64,000 bases of DNA, from assembly GCF_006345805.1 (NCBI RefSeq), contig NC_043008.1, positions 3,348,001-3,412,000 of the forward strand, given 5' to 3'. Below, one piece after another: positions 1 through 13,439 of the stretch. The stretch comes from Octopus sinensis (taxonomy: Eukaryota). The position numbers and the translations under genes are program-made. Each line of letters starts with the position of its first letter. Position 1 is the first letter of the stretch. Under the pieces are notes generated by a model that saw only the letters and a program-made list of their open reading frames with translations, was not told where the DNA came from and ran no database searches.

Positions 1-81
1 GTGGCTCAGACTGAGGGAAGGTGCGGAAAGATGCACTTGTACTAACTACAGTCATGGCTCAATATTTTAAACGCAAAACAA

Positions 82-300
82 TGCGGTGAGCTGACAGAAA
101 CGTTAGAACGCCGGGCGAAATGCGTAGCCGTATTTCGTCTGCTGTGACGTTCTGAGTCCAAATTCCGACGAGGTCGGATTTGTCTTTCATCTCTCCAGGG
201 TCGGTAAATTACGTACCAGTTGCGTACTGGAGTCGATCTAATTGAGTGGCCCCCTCCTCCCACAAAATTTCGAGTCTTGTGCCTAGAAGAGGAAATAATA
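82..300 (+). mobile_element. tRNA-derived SINE, family A (octopus OK/OR-like), full length
   Basis: Head GCGGTGAGCTGACAGAAACGTTAG (A-box-like) and TTCTGAGTCCAAATTCC (B-box-like). Body GTCGG..TTTCATC..GGGTCG..TAAATTA.GTACCAGTTGCGTACTGGAGTCGATCTAAT, AT-rich tail. The same layout recurs >15 times in the window. Confidence 0.85.
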
Positions 301-307
301 TTTTAAA

Positions 308-750
308 GGCAAAAGAATTAGCACGCCAGTTAAATACTTGGCAGTATTTCATCAGCATGTACGTTCTGACTTCAAATTTCATCGAAGTCGACTTTACATT
401 TCATCCTTTTGGGATCGATCAAATAACAATCTGTGGCACACCAAAGTTCATGTAATCAACTTAACTTCTCCCCCGAAATCGCTAGTCTTGCGCTAAAATT
501 TGAGAGTAATATTTTAAAACAAATAAGGTTGCGATCTAATAGAACCGTCAGCACTCCGGTTAGAATGCTTAGCGGCATTTCGTCCCTCTGTACGTTCTCA
601 GTTTAAATTCTGCCCAGGTCGACTTTACCTTCCATCCTGTCCAGATCGATAAATGTACGTAATAATTGAACACTAACGTCGATATAATCGACATAAGCCC
701 TCCTCCAAAATAGCTGGCCTTGTACCAAAATTTGAAATCAATATATTAAA
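308..750 (+). mobile_element. Two more diverged family-A SINEs head-to-tail (308-510, 527-750)
   Basis: Both retain TACGTTCT.A.TT.AAATT..GTCGACTTTAC.TT.CATCCT..GATCGAT.AA and the tail CCAAAATTTGAAA/AAAATTTGAGAG. Confidence 0.75.
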
Positions 751-1257
751 TGTAAAGACTACTTCTGTAAGATTCCAACATAGAATATTATGCAGTATCC
801 AAACACCGAAAGTGGTCTTTAGTCCGTGGTGTTTATCGTCTAAACCACGCAAAATGTTTAGTTCCACGTCTGCAATCATCATAAGAGTCGGTTGCTATTT
901 TGTGTTGAAAGAGATATTGCTTAGAATTTGCTTCGAGCACAACATTGGTTGTAAACGTTTTATGATCACATAATGAAAATCACAATTGTATGAAAAAGAT
1001 CGTATAATTGTGATTTGGAGAGTTTGTTTTGTTTTAGTTTTGTTCGTCCGTCTCTTAAAATATGAAACTTTTTTTTTTTCAACGAGAAATATTACTGATT
1101 GCATTCAGACAACAATTGTGTTTTTACTTTATACAATACAGAAAATGACAGCTGCTAAGCATCAGAGAGTAATTACATAATTATATCATGTATGCCTGTA
1201 TAGCTAAATATACTTACACACACAAATACAAACACACACACACATATATGTGTATGC

Positions 1258-1315
<58 letters not shown>

Positions 1316-1454
1316 GTGTGTATATATATATGTATGTATATATATATATATAGAGAGAGAGAGATAGTTAAATGGATATATAGATATATGTACATATATG
1401 CGTATACAAATATAAGTGTATAGATAGATAGATAGATAGATAGATATATAGATA

Positions 1455-1489
<35 letters not shown>

Positions 1490-2440
1490 AGATATACATA
1501 TACCTGTATGTATATATGTATGTATATATAGGCATTGACAGTTATATGTGTATATGTGTGTGTGTGGAGAAGAGGAGAGAGAAAGAGAGAGGGAGAGAGA
1601 GGCTGGCAGACGAACGGACAGGCAAAAAGACAGGAAGACATACAGACAGACACGTACGCAAACAGATCAGATTCAGATTTCTACAAGTTCTCTTGTCGAG
1701 AGGGAAACACAGGGGTCTTAATACGAATTTAATTATTCAACGAAGATGTTTTGAGTCATCGAGAAGGAGAAAATAGCAGCCAAGTTAATAAAATAAGCTA
1801 AAATTATGTAGAGTTTATAATGGAGCGTCTTCAAAAGCTAACTCTAAAGGTTGAAACTAACCAACAGTGTGGCGTTACAATCTCAATGACTTACAATTTG
1901 GTGAAGAATTTGGAAGTCTATGAAAGATGATGTAAAATTTAAAAGCGTCTTCTACAAAATGTTTAACTACTCATAACTTTCAGCTGTTTGTTGAAAATGG
2001 GAAAATTAGTAATAGCTTTTTCATCGGTTGATAATATACATTACATCTTTCTGCATCTCCCTCTCAATTTCTCTGTACCCACATACATACACTATATATA
2101 TATATACATACATACATACATACGCACACACATGTATATATATATATATATATATGGCCCTGATATTGCGGAAATATGTATATATATATATGCAAATTCA
2201 TTGCAGTTACCGTAGAAAAGCTTCCACATACATACATACATCTGGGTTTTTATTTTATTTTCACTCCACTTTTTTCCCATCAATACTGTCTATCGAAGAG
2301 CGTAGACTCGAAACGTCAAAGACTTTTCCATTCTTCATGATCGTTAAACACTTGCTTGTTGTTCCTTCACCTGTCTTCGTCTTTTGTTTTCTGTAAATCT
2401 GAACTATATGTATATATAATATATGTATATACATACGTAA

Positions 2441-2486
<46 letters not shown>

Positions 2487-2499
2487 TTAATCCAAACAT

Positions 2500-2693
2500 G
2501 AAAACACAAAGAGAAAACACAACAACGCGAGGACGTGGAACAAATATAGTGTTATTGGACGCTCAGGAAAGAAGGAAAGAAGGAGGGATTAACGTTTCGA
2601 GCGGAGCTCTTCGTCGGAAACATAGGAGAAGGAAAGATCCATAGAAAGGAAGACAGAGGAAAAAATCGCCAACGGTACACACGCGGTCACATT

Positions 2694-2700
<7 letters not shown>
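2500..2700 (-). mobile_element. Interspersed-repeat fragment with a degenerate minimal hammerhead-like motif (2587-2621), Penelope-like terminus
   Basis: Minus strand GTTT-CCGACGA-A-GAGC-TCC-GCTC-GAAAC-GTT-AATC: stem II GAGC/GCTC is perfect, core U4>C, stem I has one mismatch. Confidence 0.4.
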
Positions 2701-2726
<26 letters not shown>

Positions 2727-4711
2727 CGTAAATGTAGAACGATGGAATGAGTGCTCAACACCACATTTGTGGATAAATAAAATAACTTCTTTATTTGTGA
2801 ATTAAGGCTACCATTGATTTCCTGCCAAGAAGAGTAGGAAATATCCAAGTGTTATCCCAAATGGACTCGAACACCTTGCTCTATGTGTTCGGCTTAAAAA
2901 ATTGTTGAGATACTCGGAGATTTTCTTACTCTTCTTAATATAAAACCAATAAAGAATATTTGTGTGTGTGTGTTTATGTATGTATGTATTTGTATTTATA
3001 TACAAATAAGCAAGCATTATAATTAGATTTTAACAAATTTGGATAAGTCTGTGTATCACCCAAAATAAGCTCCCATTCATTAGCATAAATTGAAACCTCA
3101 AACAATGCAATCCCAGATAAACTGTGTATAAGTAAAACACAGACAAGCTGGACAAGCATTTGTTCGTTGCTCGCTCATTACGTTGCCTGGCTCAAACAGC
3201 TACAATTTAAAGCCAACAGTTATTAATAATGAGTGATGTAACAGTGTTCATCTCATTCTGAAAGATATTCGTGTCAGAAGTCCATCTTTTTCACTAGAAA
3301 TCAATATCTGCTTGCGCAATGTAATTGCAGAGACATTAGCCTTGTAACAATACAAATTTCTTAGAAAGTTAAGGTTTAGCCTTACAAAGCGATATCTTTT
3401 ATAGAAGTGTACCACGCTATCTTTCTCAATACACCGTAGTTAGATATTTCAATAATACTATATGTTTCATGATCAACCATAAGTCTCTTTTGTTTGCTTG
3501 TTTGTTAGTTTTTTTTCTTTATTTTGGTGGGATTTTCGGTATATTTGTTAAGAGTGATGCATAGTTATTTGTTATTCCGTAGACTTGATTGAATTTATAA
3601 AATCATTCAAACAAAAATTTACTTGTAAAATTATAATCAGTTCTTTTGTCATTCGCTTTGAGATGAAAATCTAATGGCTGAAAATAAATCGAATTTTCTC
3701 AACGTAAGTTAAAATTGAAAACAGTTAAATTGAGGAAGTTATTCTAAATCGCACTGACTGCTGTGTTTCTCTCGTTAATGATTAAGTAGAATTTCCAAAG
3801 TTTATTTTTTTTTTATCTTTCTCTTCGCTAGAGGATAATTTAGTTATATACATTGAAAAACTTATAAAAGAATATTTAAAATTAAAAGCTCTTAGGAATA
3901 TTTGAGGTAACAGAGAACATTACATAATATCTGTCCAGGAGAAATGTCTACGTCGATTCTCTTTGCAATGAAATAAATTTTATCAGACCAACGATCAAAG
4001 GCAAAAAACAAATATATTTTCAAAGATCACAAGTGAACTCCGAATGATTAAATTATCCATTGTCACAGAATAAAACTTTCAAAAGCTAACATCATAGTCC
4101 CAACAGGATCTGTCCATCTGCTGCAAATAACTTCCAAGTCACCCATTAATTAGTCGTTATATTCTACTCGAGAAAATATGTTGGGGTGTTTATGTATGAA
4201 ACCTATTGATCCGTAGGTTACTTGATGTGTCACAAAATAAAATAAATTATCAAACAATAACTAACTTGACCTTACTTGACCTTGTACATATTGTTGGTTT
4301 TCTTCTCCTCGTCATCGTCATGCTCTTCGCTGTTGTGATATCGGTGTCGTCGTTGTCGTGAAATAATTGTGCTTAAACAGATGTAGGACATGGAATTAGA
4401 CCAAATATTTAATAGAAGTAACTCTGATCAACAGACAAGTTTTGAAGATCAGGAAACGATAACAACAGGAACTGATTGAAATAAAAACCACCTTTGGACA
4501 AAAACCAGAAATTTCTCTTGAATAGTATTAATATTAAACTAAAGCAAATACTACCATTGGAACCAATACGAAAGATATCACACATATTGATCTGCCAGAC
4601 TAGAGGTGGCGAGTTGGACCAATAAGAAGGATTTCATGGTATTACGATGCTGCCATTATTTTATGTCTGCCTCTTTGCCTTTCTCTCTCTCTTACTCACT
4701 TTCTCTCTCTG

Positions 4712-4775
<64 letters not shown>

Positions 4776-6379
4776 GCACTAAATTCAAATCTCATCGATG
4801 CTATTTTTTCCTGCTCATTATTTCTTACTCTCCAAAGAATGTACCATTCTAGAGAGAGTAGACTAGTACCAAATGTTTCAGGGCCGGACATACGAAAGAC
4901 ATCTAATTCTAATTACGCTTCTTGGCACCGGGAGAAGAGAAAGACTTACCATTTGTAATGAGAAGATAAAATGATATTCTTGTGAAGTTCTTTATCAAAG
5001 AACCAAGAATTTCTATCTTTTCTCTCTCCACTCATTTTCTCTCCCCCCCTTTCCTTTCTCGTACCACTTTCTCTCTTTTTCTCTCTGTCTCTTTCTTTAA
5101 ATGCCGTGTCTACAAGTATCGGCGTCAAAGTCTGAAATTCCATGACAGTTCGTGAGAAAAGTGCATCAAGTGACCCCTTGCTCTCTGAAGTTTATTTACC
5201 GATCATTCTGCTTATCTTGTGCCCTCTTTAGCTTAGACTTGAGACGCAGGAACTATTTCACACTTAGGCTAGTGGAACTGGTACAAATGATATCATAGTA
5301 TGTTCACGCACACATAAGCCTGTCTACAGGTGAGCATTTCTCTCAGTCCCGTATATCATAGCTACAAGCCCCTCCCCTGAAAATCGACCCACGGACTGGT
5401 CCCTTGGTAGATACGACCATAGCACACCTGAGCGGACGTGAAAGTACTGGTGACTAAGAGGTAACTTGAAACTCTCAAAAACTCATAAGCACCCGAAGCA
5501 AAATTAGCATTACTTCACTTGGTCGTTCAGTTTTTCTCAACTGATCAATGGGCCGATCGTGTAAACCAATCAATAACGGATCTATAACGACTAAAGGAAG
5601 AGGTTGCAGGTTGAATTTATTACAGTAAAAGAATACGTAATCACCATCATGTATGTTATGTCTTGTATATGCATGTGTGTGTGTATGTGTGTTTGTGTGA
5701 ATGTGTATGTGTGCGTATGTGTGTGAGCGTGTGTATGAATGTGTATGTGTGTGAGTTTGTATGTGTACGTGAGTAAATATGTCTTATAGCTTCCGCACAA
5801 ATTTCGCAAATTGATGCAAATTGATGTCCAGAGAGGTGTAAACACCTAGAGCCAGTTTCTAGTCTTCCTTTTCGTTATTCCAACGAAACAGGCAACATAG
5901 AACAGCAGAAAGGATAAAGGCTAGTTCAAAGAAGCCGAATAGATTATTTGAAACTGATATCAAAGACAAGAACGCGCCGCCAAATATGCAAGAATTTGAA
6001 TTCACAACCACAAGCCCTTGTGAAGAACATGCAAGACCTCAAGATTTACTTACAGCGGAGGAGAAAAGCATAATATGACCGGTTGTTTAAATTCTGTATG
6101 CAATTATTATCTTTTTAATTAGGTAACTTCAGTACAAGTTCCGAAACCGAAAACAAATCAGAAATCCGGCAATCACATCCCTACTCCATGTCTCCACAGC
6201 AACTTCAATGAACTTCGATATATGGGAGTATGTGTATGTGTGCGAGTTTCTGCGGAGATATTCCTATATGAAATCAGGCATACATTCACATACACACGCA
6301 CACACAAATACACACACACAGACAAACATATCTACAGACATATCACTCGTACACACACGCACACACGCACGCACAAGTA

Positions 6380-6446
<67 letters not shown>

Positions 6447-6561
6447 CATATAGATAGGTACATAGACGTATATACATATAGATAGATAGATAGACGTATA
6501 TATATATACACATGTATATAAATGTACATTTCTCTCTATATGTACATATATGTGTATATAT

Positions 6562-6689
<128 letters not shown>

Positions 6690-7351
6690 GTATATATGAA
6701 TATGTATGTATATGTACATATGATGCACTAGGAAGTCATTGATAATATGCAGGCCAGATAGAAATAGTTATTCTTTTTATATATTTTCTGCATTCCAATG
6801 CATGGTCACCAGCAAATCCGCTTGAAGCATAGAATCAATAGTTTATACTTGAATCTGTATCAAGATTTCATCCGATACAATGCTTTCGTTTCTACTGAGG
6901 ATTCAATTCGTTAAAAATAAAAATAAAAAAGCAAGTTTGTTGTACAGTATTTCCAAGAAAACAATAATTTTATTCTTTAGGCCATGCGCTGTGGTAAGTA
7001 TGAAGGGACATTATATGTTATTTTCGAATGAAATATCTATTTTCTGATATTAATAAGCTACGTTTCTTGAAAAAAAGAAAAACGCGCACACTCACACACT
7101 TGGAAGCGGGGCTGTGTGTGTGTGTATTAAATGTGTATGTTTGCATACGAATTAAATAGGAAAAAATGCACAAAATAAAAAGACTATAAGTATGATTCAA
7201 ACCGATGTCTTCCCAGTTTAGTGAATTTATATCCAATATCTTATCTCGAGGTACAGAAAATAAAAATATATAAGTAAGAAAGTTGACATGTAGCAAGCAA
7301 CAGCAGTGGATCCTTTGCTCACAACACGTCCCTATCTTTCTTTATGAATGC

Positions 7352-7404
7352 AGGGATAGATAGGTAGATAGGTAGATAGATAGATAGATAGATAGGTAGG
7401 TTGG

Positions 7405-7439
<35 letters not shown>

Positions 7440-7446
7440 GTAGATG

Positions 7447-7491
<45 letters not shown>

Positions 7492-7500
7492 GGAGATAGG

Positions 7501-7538
<38 letters not shown>
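7352..7538. repeat. (GATA)n array, left flank of the LINE insertion
   Basis: Direct reading; interspersed GGTA/GATG variants. Confidence 0.95.
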
Positions 7539-8105
7539 TGTTTCTTTATTAGCCACACAGGGCTGCACACAGATAGAACAAATTACAAGGTAGAGCTTTT
7601 CTTTTGGGGGTAAAAAAAGGAGAGTGGTGGTTTTCGATCAAAAGGGATCGTAAAAGGAAAGAAAAAGGACAAAAAAAGGGGAGGGGTTAAAAAAAGGGGG
7701 GGGGGAGAGAAAAAAAAGTGAATAATAGGGATCGTTATCACAGAAATGTCAATATGAAGTGTAAAGGGGAGGACAGGTGAGGTTTACCCGTGGAAAGAAA
7801 AGCCTACGGAAAAGACCACGGTAACCTCGGTCAATAAAGTCACATGTTATATTTCTTTTCTTTTTTTTTTGCAAATAAGCAACTCTCTGTATTAATTTTT
7901 ATGGTTCATAGAATCATAGTCAAGGTGGCTTCGTCATTCATACGTGCCATCCTTGCTACATTCACCCATCTTTTTTTAAAACATTCACTAGACAAAACTT
8001 GCCTCTCTACTCTCACTTTCCTCTTCAAGTGATACTTGAAGAAGTTGATGAGAGATTGACCAGAGAGGAAAGTGTTTGTCTCTAATCTTTTCAGGCGCGT
8101 CCACC

Positions 8106-8106
<1 letters not shown>
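7539..8106 (-). mobile_element. 5'-truncated L1/Tx1-type LINE: ORF2 C-terminus (7906-8106) plus 3' UTR
   Basis: Minus strand translates [66 protein letters not shown], resembling an L1/Tx1 ORF2 tail (recognised from memory, not searched). The 3' UTR ends CTAATAAAGAAACA directly before (TATC)n. Confidence 0.7.
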
Positions 8107-8143
<37 letters not shown>

Positions 8144-8196
8144 GTAGATAGGTAGATAGATATATAGGTAGGTAGGTAGGTAGGTAGGTAGGTACG

Positions 8197-8246
<50 letters not shown>

Positions 8247-8268
8247 TATAGATAGATAGGTAGATAGG

Positions 8269-8303
<35 letters not shown>

Positions 8304-8361
8304 GTAGATAGATAGATAGATAGATAGATAGATACACAGACAGACAATTAGATAGATAGGT

Positions 8362-8385
<24 letters not shown>
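8107..8385. repeat. (GATA)n/(GGTA)n array, right flank of the LINE insertion
   Basis: Direct reading; same orientation as 7352-7538. Confidence 0.95.
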
Positions 8386-8412
<27 letters not shown>

Positions 8413-9055
8413 TTAAGTGAAGACTCAAAGTAAATTAGTAGTCAATACTCTGCGTAGACTTTGTACTTGTAAGTGATGAGTGGTGGGATTCTGATAGGGA
8501 CTTCGAACGGTGTCTAATTTTGCCCACCAGTCACCATAAGACTGATGTTTTATGGGTTATGTTGAGCGTTTACTTCAACAACCGTTAGCCTACTTATATA
8601 TTTAAGTACCCATACTCACACATATGTTTAAACATACATACATATGTGTATGTGTACATATATATGTATATATATATATATATATATTGATGTTTGTGTG
8701 TTTTAAATGTGTTTTAATGTATCCATAAACTAAACAATTGTTGTTGACTGTGATCATATTTACGGCCCAATTAATATAAAAGATGCAGTTTAAAATCAAT
8801 CGATGCGGTATCGATTGATTAGTTTATATTTTACTTTCACTTTACAATACGAGTGTATTGTCACCGAACTTGCCGGTGTGATAGCAAACATATACTTAAT
8901 TACATGTGTAGCCGTGTAGAAAAGTATTACAGAAATATTACACAACTGATTAAATGTTATATCTGTCATGAAATATACATCATAACTGATGTTATGTTTT
9001 GGTTTTTTTTTGGTTTTTTTAATATGTTCCTCATTTTTCTTATTTAATTCTATAA

Positions 9056-9770
9056 AAGCGGCGACCTTTTAGCAGACCAAGCTTCGCGGCATTTCGCCCG
9101 TCTTCACATCCTAAATTCAAATTCTTCCGAGGTCTGCTTTGCATTTCATTATTTTGAGATCGATAAATAATTGAACCCCGGGATCGATGTCTAAGGCTAC
9201 CCACGTCTAATTGCTGGTCTTGTCTGCAAAATCCTTTGCAGCCGGATAAAATGTTTATCGGCGTTAGTCAGTCCTTACGTCTTGTGTTCATCTTTCCCGC
9301 ATCGATAAAATAAGTATTTGTTGGGGACTGATGTCGATGTAATCAACAAAGCGCCTAACCCCGAAATTATTGGTCTTGTGTCAAATTTTGAAACCAGTAT
9401 TTAGTCGTACAAAAGGGCGGCGAGCTTGCAGAACCGTTCAGCAAGCCGGGCAAAACGCGTAAAAGCATTTCGTGTGCTTTTGCGTTTTGTGCCCAACTGC
9501 CGCAGGAGTTGACTATGCTTGTCTTCCTTTTGTAGTCGAGGAAATAACTACCAGTTGATTACTGGCATCGATGTACTCCACCTGATATTTCCATTAAACT
9601 GTTGGCATTGAGCTAAGAATTGAAACTCGTAGTTAGTTCTAAATCTTGTCGAATGTCGTTTAGACGACCTTCCTGCGTTTAATCAACCTTTATGCTCTCA
9701 GGTTCAATCAAAACCGTCCACTTTTACATTTCATGCCTGTGTGTATTTTATCGATTAAATTCTTCTCTTA
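9056..9770 (+). mobile_element. Chain of 3-4 diverged family-A SINEs (about 9056-9235, 9240-9400, 9414-9630, 9640-9770)
   Basis: Heads AAAGCGGCGACC and AAAGGGCGGCGAGCTTGCAGAACCGTT; repeated ATCGATAAA(A)TAA and TCGATGTAA motifs; tails AAATTTTGAAACC/AAGAATTGAAACTC. Confidence 0.7.
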
Positions 9771-10079
9771 TTTAGAAATCAACGTTAAAAATTCATTTCA
9801 CTGGGATTTACTTTGGATAGCATCATTTTAAGGTCACTAAATTGAGTCTAGTTATACACTGGGTTCGATGTAATATAGCCGGCCTCCGGCCAAATTTGAA
9901 AACAATGTTAAATTCATACATAGGTTGCCAAAATTTCGATCTCCGATTGTCAAGATATGACTTAATTATGGATGTCGCTTATTTTGCCACTGGATTCGAA
10001 CTTGTAATCATCATTTCTAATTTAATGAGAAAGTGATCTGGCATAAATATTACCATGTCTGACAAAAGATGTATGCAAA

Positions 10080-10175
10080 AAACATAGCGGTATTTCTCTC
10101 TGGTTCTACCTTATGAGTTCAAAATCTGTCGAGGCTGACACTGACTTTCATCCTTTCGAGTCGATAAAATAATTG
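10080..10175 (+). mobile_element. Family-A SINE fragment
   Basis: TAGCGGTATTTC..TGAGTTCAAAATCTGTCGAGG..CTTTCATCCTTTCGAGTCGATAAAATAA. Confidence 0.7.
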
Positions 10176-11045
10176 GGAATTTGCGAAAGGAAATTTTCCT
10201 TACACAGGCATACCTCTAATTCTTTCGTTTTAATAATGGTGTAAGGCCTGGACTTTAGGCGTTCCGCGAAAATGATTAAAGGCACAGATATGAGTGGAAC
10301 AAAATCCTAAACTCCTAAAATCGTAAAATCGAAAGAAATGCAGCATTTATTCCAGAGCGCTAGCGTACACGTAATATTTAGCGCAGACCTAATTTTTAAA
10401 CAAACAAACAATTCGGGACATCTTGATAATATGGATACTATAGTGTGGATTTCAGTATAATTCTGACATTGAAATAATCACATAATAGAGAATTGAAGTT
10501 GAATTAATTCTTGCAAATATTTTACTATTTCATTCTTAGTATTTCTTCGAAGTCTACAGATAACCCTTAAGTTCATCGTCTACGGATATATTCATTTGTA
10601 TTCTGATATAAAAAAAAACAGAGAGTAAGAAACGATGTCGTTCTTAACAAGCCTGATAACAAACACGAAGACTTCTTTTCATTAAACGTACCACATCTTT
10701 TCCTTTTCTTATTTTTTTCTTGCTTTTTTGTAAGTGTGTGTATATTTTTTTAGTTGACGAATAATTGTGCAGAGAATAACAGAAATGATAGATGCCCTCT
10801 TAATTTCCTTCTTTCGTACTGTAAAGTGTGCAATGAACAGAGATTTCAGATTTTGAGAAAATAATAAAGAAATCAAATTAAATATTCCTTACTGGTTTTC
10901 TATGGAAAATAAGCGGTGAGAATTTTTGTGATGATTCTCTTCAATTTTGGAGTATGTAATAATTCATATAGGTGTATGTAAATGTGGCATTTTGCTTGCA
11001 TTCCTCTCTATCAATATATACAAATATATATATATATGGGAGGGT

Positions 11046-11100
<55 letters not shown>

Positions 11101-11483
11101 ATACACACATTTATATGGTAAGATCACACATTTACACATATATACACGAATTCTTAAAAGCTGCCATATTAATTCACATGCACACACATACATGACCACA
11201 ATAGCAAACACATTCACACGCACACGCATGCGTACACAGGCACCTCCACGCCCACATATTGTTTAAAGAGGGTCCCTTAAAATCAGGACCTGTCTATGTT
11301 AGGAAGTTTCAAAATAATGAAATCTCTTAATGAAACTCTTGTAGCGGTACCTTAGACATCCAGATATATACATATTTATAGATAGATAGATATAAACACA
11401 TCCACAAACATTGATAGATAGATACATATACACCTGTACATGTGTATGTATGTGTGTGTGTATGTGTGTGTGTGTGGTGTGTG

Positions 11484-11517
<34 letters not shown>

Positions 11518-12119
11518 GTGCGTGCGTGTGTGAGTATTAAGGCTACCGTTCTTTTCATGTTAAGAAAAAGATCCTAATGTCTGAACAATTTTTCAAGTCG
11601 ATCACATGGAAGAATTGTGTTCGTCTCCATTTTTTTTACTAGAACACAAATGAGACAGTATTTTCATAAAAAATGAAGACGAAAAGCATTCCTCCATGTG
11701 GTCGGCTTGAAGAATTGTTAATATATTAAGACATGTTTCTTAACAGGAAAGCAATGACAACCTCAATATACACATAAAGGAATTGTATCCATCAATGCGG
11801 TGTTCAGCTCTCATTGTACGAGGATCTTATGCGCGATTCTACCACAAAGAACTGTATAAATATACATTTACGTATATATACACATCATTCCCCGGTTTTT
11901 CCGTCCTTGTTTTTGTATACATTCGCTGCTTTCTTCAAAGGAATCTAATGCTCTTAGCTTAGTTTTTCCTGAGGGCTGGCGAGGTTGGAGTAATCTCGAG
12001 TATAACCAGCCAAAATTGCAAAGATAATCTGGAACACGACTGAGGAATTGACCCGTTCTTCTTTTCTTTGTATCGTCTACCTGGATGTTGTCCCAGTTTG
12101 TATTACATATATGTGCATG

Positions 12120-12150
<31 letters not shown>

Positions 12151-12233
12151 ATATATATATATGTGTATATATATATATATATATGCATATACATGTATGT
12201 GTGTATAGATATATATATGTATATGTATATATG

Positions 12234-12296
<63 letters not shown>

Positions 12297-13159
12297 TATA
12301 GTGTAATAAATAAAATATATGCATACATGCAAACATATATGTACGTACCGACATCTACATGTATATATACATGCATATATAATATATATACGTACAGGAC
12401 ATCACAGGAAGACGAAAAAATCAACAGAACGAAATATATTCACACACACAAATAGGTGAGCAAACGAAGTTAGCACTCAATACACTTGTTTGATATTGTA
12501 AGTATCCAATATCCTTTTCACTCACCTACCACCTACTGATTGCATAATGTTTCGAGCGCGCACAGTACGTCTACCTCACTGGAAGGGTATATACGGAATA
12601 GATATGGATATCTTATCTGTTGTAAAATGTTTGACATTGCCTTATTAAAAGTGTATAAATATCTACAATTACGCTGTCTCCAAATTAACTGAACTAACTG
12701 GCTTCTTTATAGCAAATTTAGGGTTGTACATGCGGAAGACTTACACATCCTCAAACTAATGAAAGTTCGTTTCTTCTTTGCCCTGTATCTAGAAATAGAT
12801 CGGTTTATTCGTTCTTTAGAATTTTTCGAGGAACATATTTGCAATGTTTCTTTACATAACTCTATCGAGAATTTTGTGTGCACAGAATTCTATCCAAAAT
12901 AATTTTAATTCGATTACCCGTATGTGAATTTGACGGATGTATCATTGGAATTGAGGTTTTCTTTTAAAATCATCTGTCGACTTTCAAATGTATAATCTAT
13001 ATCTTTGTGAAATGAATCCATGTTCTAACCAGAGTCCTAACGGATTTTTGTCAAGTAGTCTAATTTACGCACACACACACAAAACATACAGACATATATA
13101 TGTGTTTAGGTGTATCTCTATGCATATACATGAATATATTTTATATTCATGTGTGTATT

Positions 13160-13230
<71 letters not shown>

Positions 13231-13305
13231 TCTTGATAATGTGCTTGAAAGAGCATTTTCGTACACATATCGATTTTTTAAAAGGAGATGATATATACAT
13301 ATATG

Positions 13306-13367
<62 letters not shown>

Positions 13368-13400
13368 TAGATAGATAGATAAGTATATGTATGTGTATAT

Positions 13401-13439
<39 letters not shown>

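Noticed and set aside
5450-5480. GACTAAGAGGTAACTTGAAAC, possible HHR relic in a repeat
   Set aside because: Core lacks G5, and there is no GUH triplet or stem I partner.
5892-6210. Exon-like pieces (..PQDLLTAEEKSII*; GNFSTSSETENKSEIRQSHPYSMSPQQLQ*)
   Set aside because: Joining them needs a 41-nt intron with a weak GTTGTT donor and no upstream partner was found; may belong to an interspersed repeat. Left unresolved.
11868-12102. 78-codon non-repetitive minus frame ([18 protein letters not shown]..) and a + acceptor at 11940
   Set aside because: Poor acceptor on minus; the + frame stops after 28 codons; this length is expected by chance in 64 kb.
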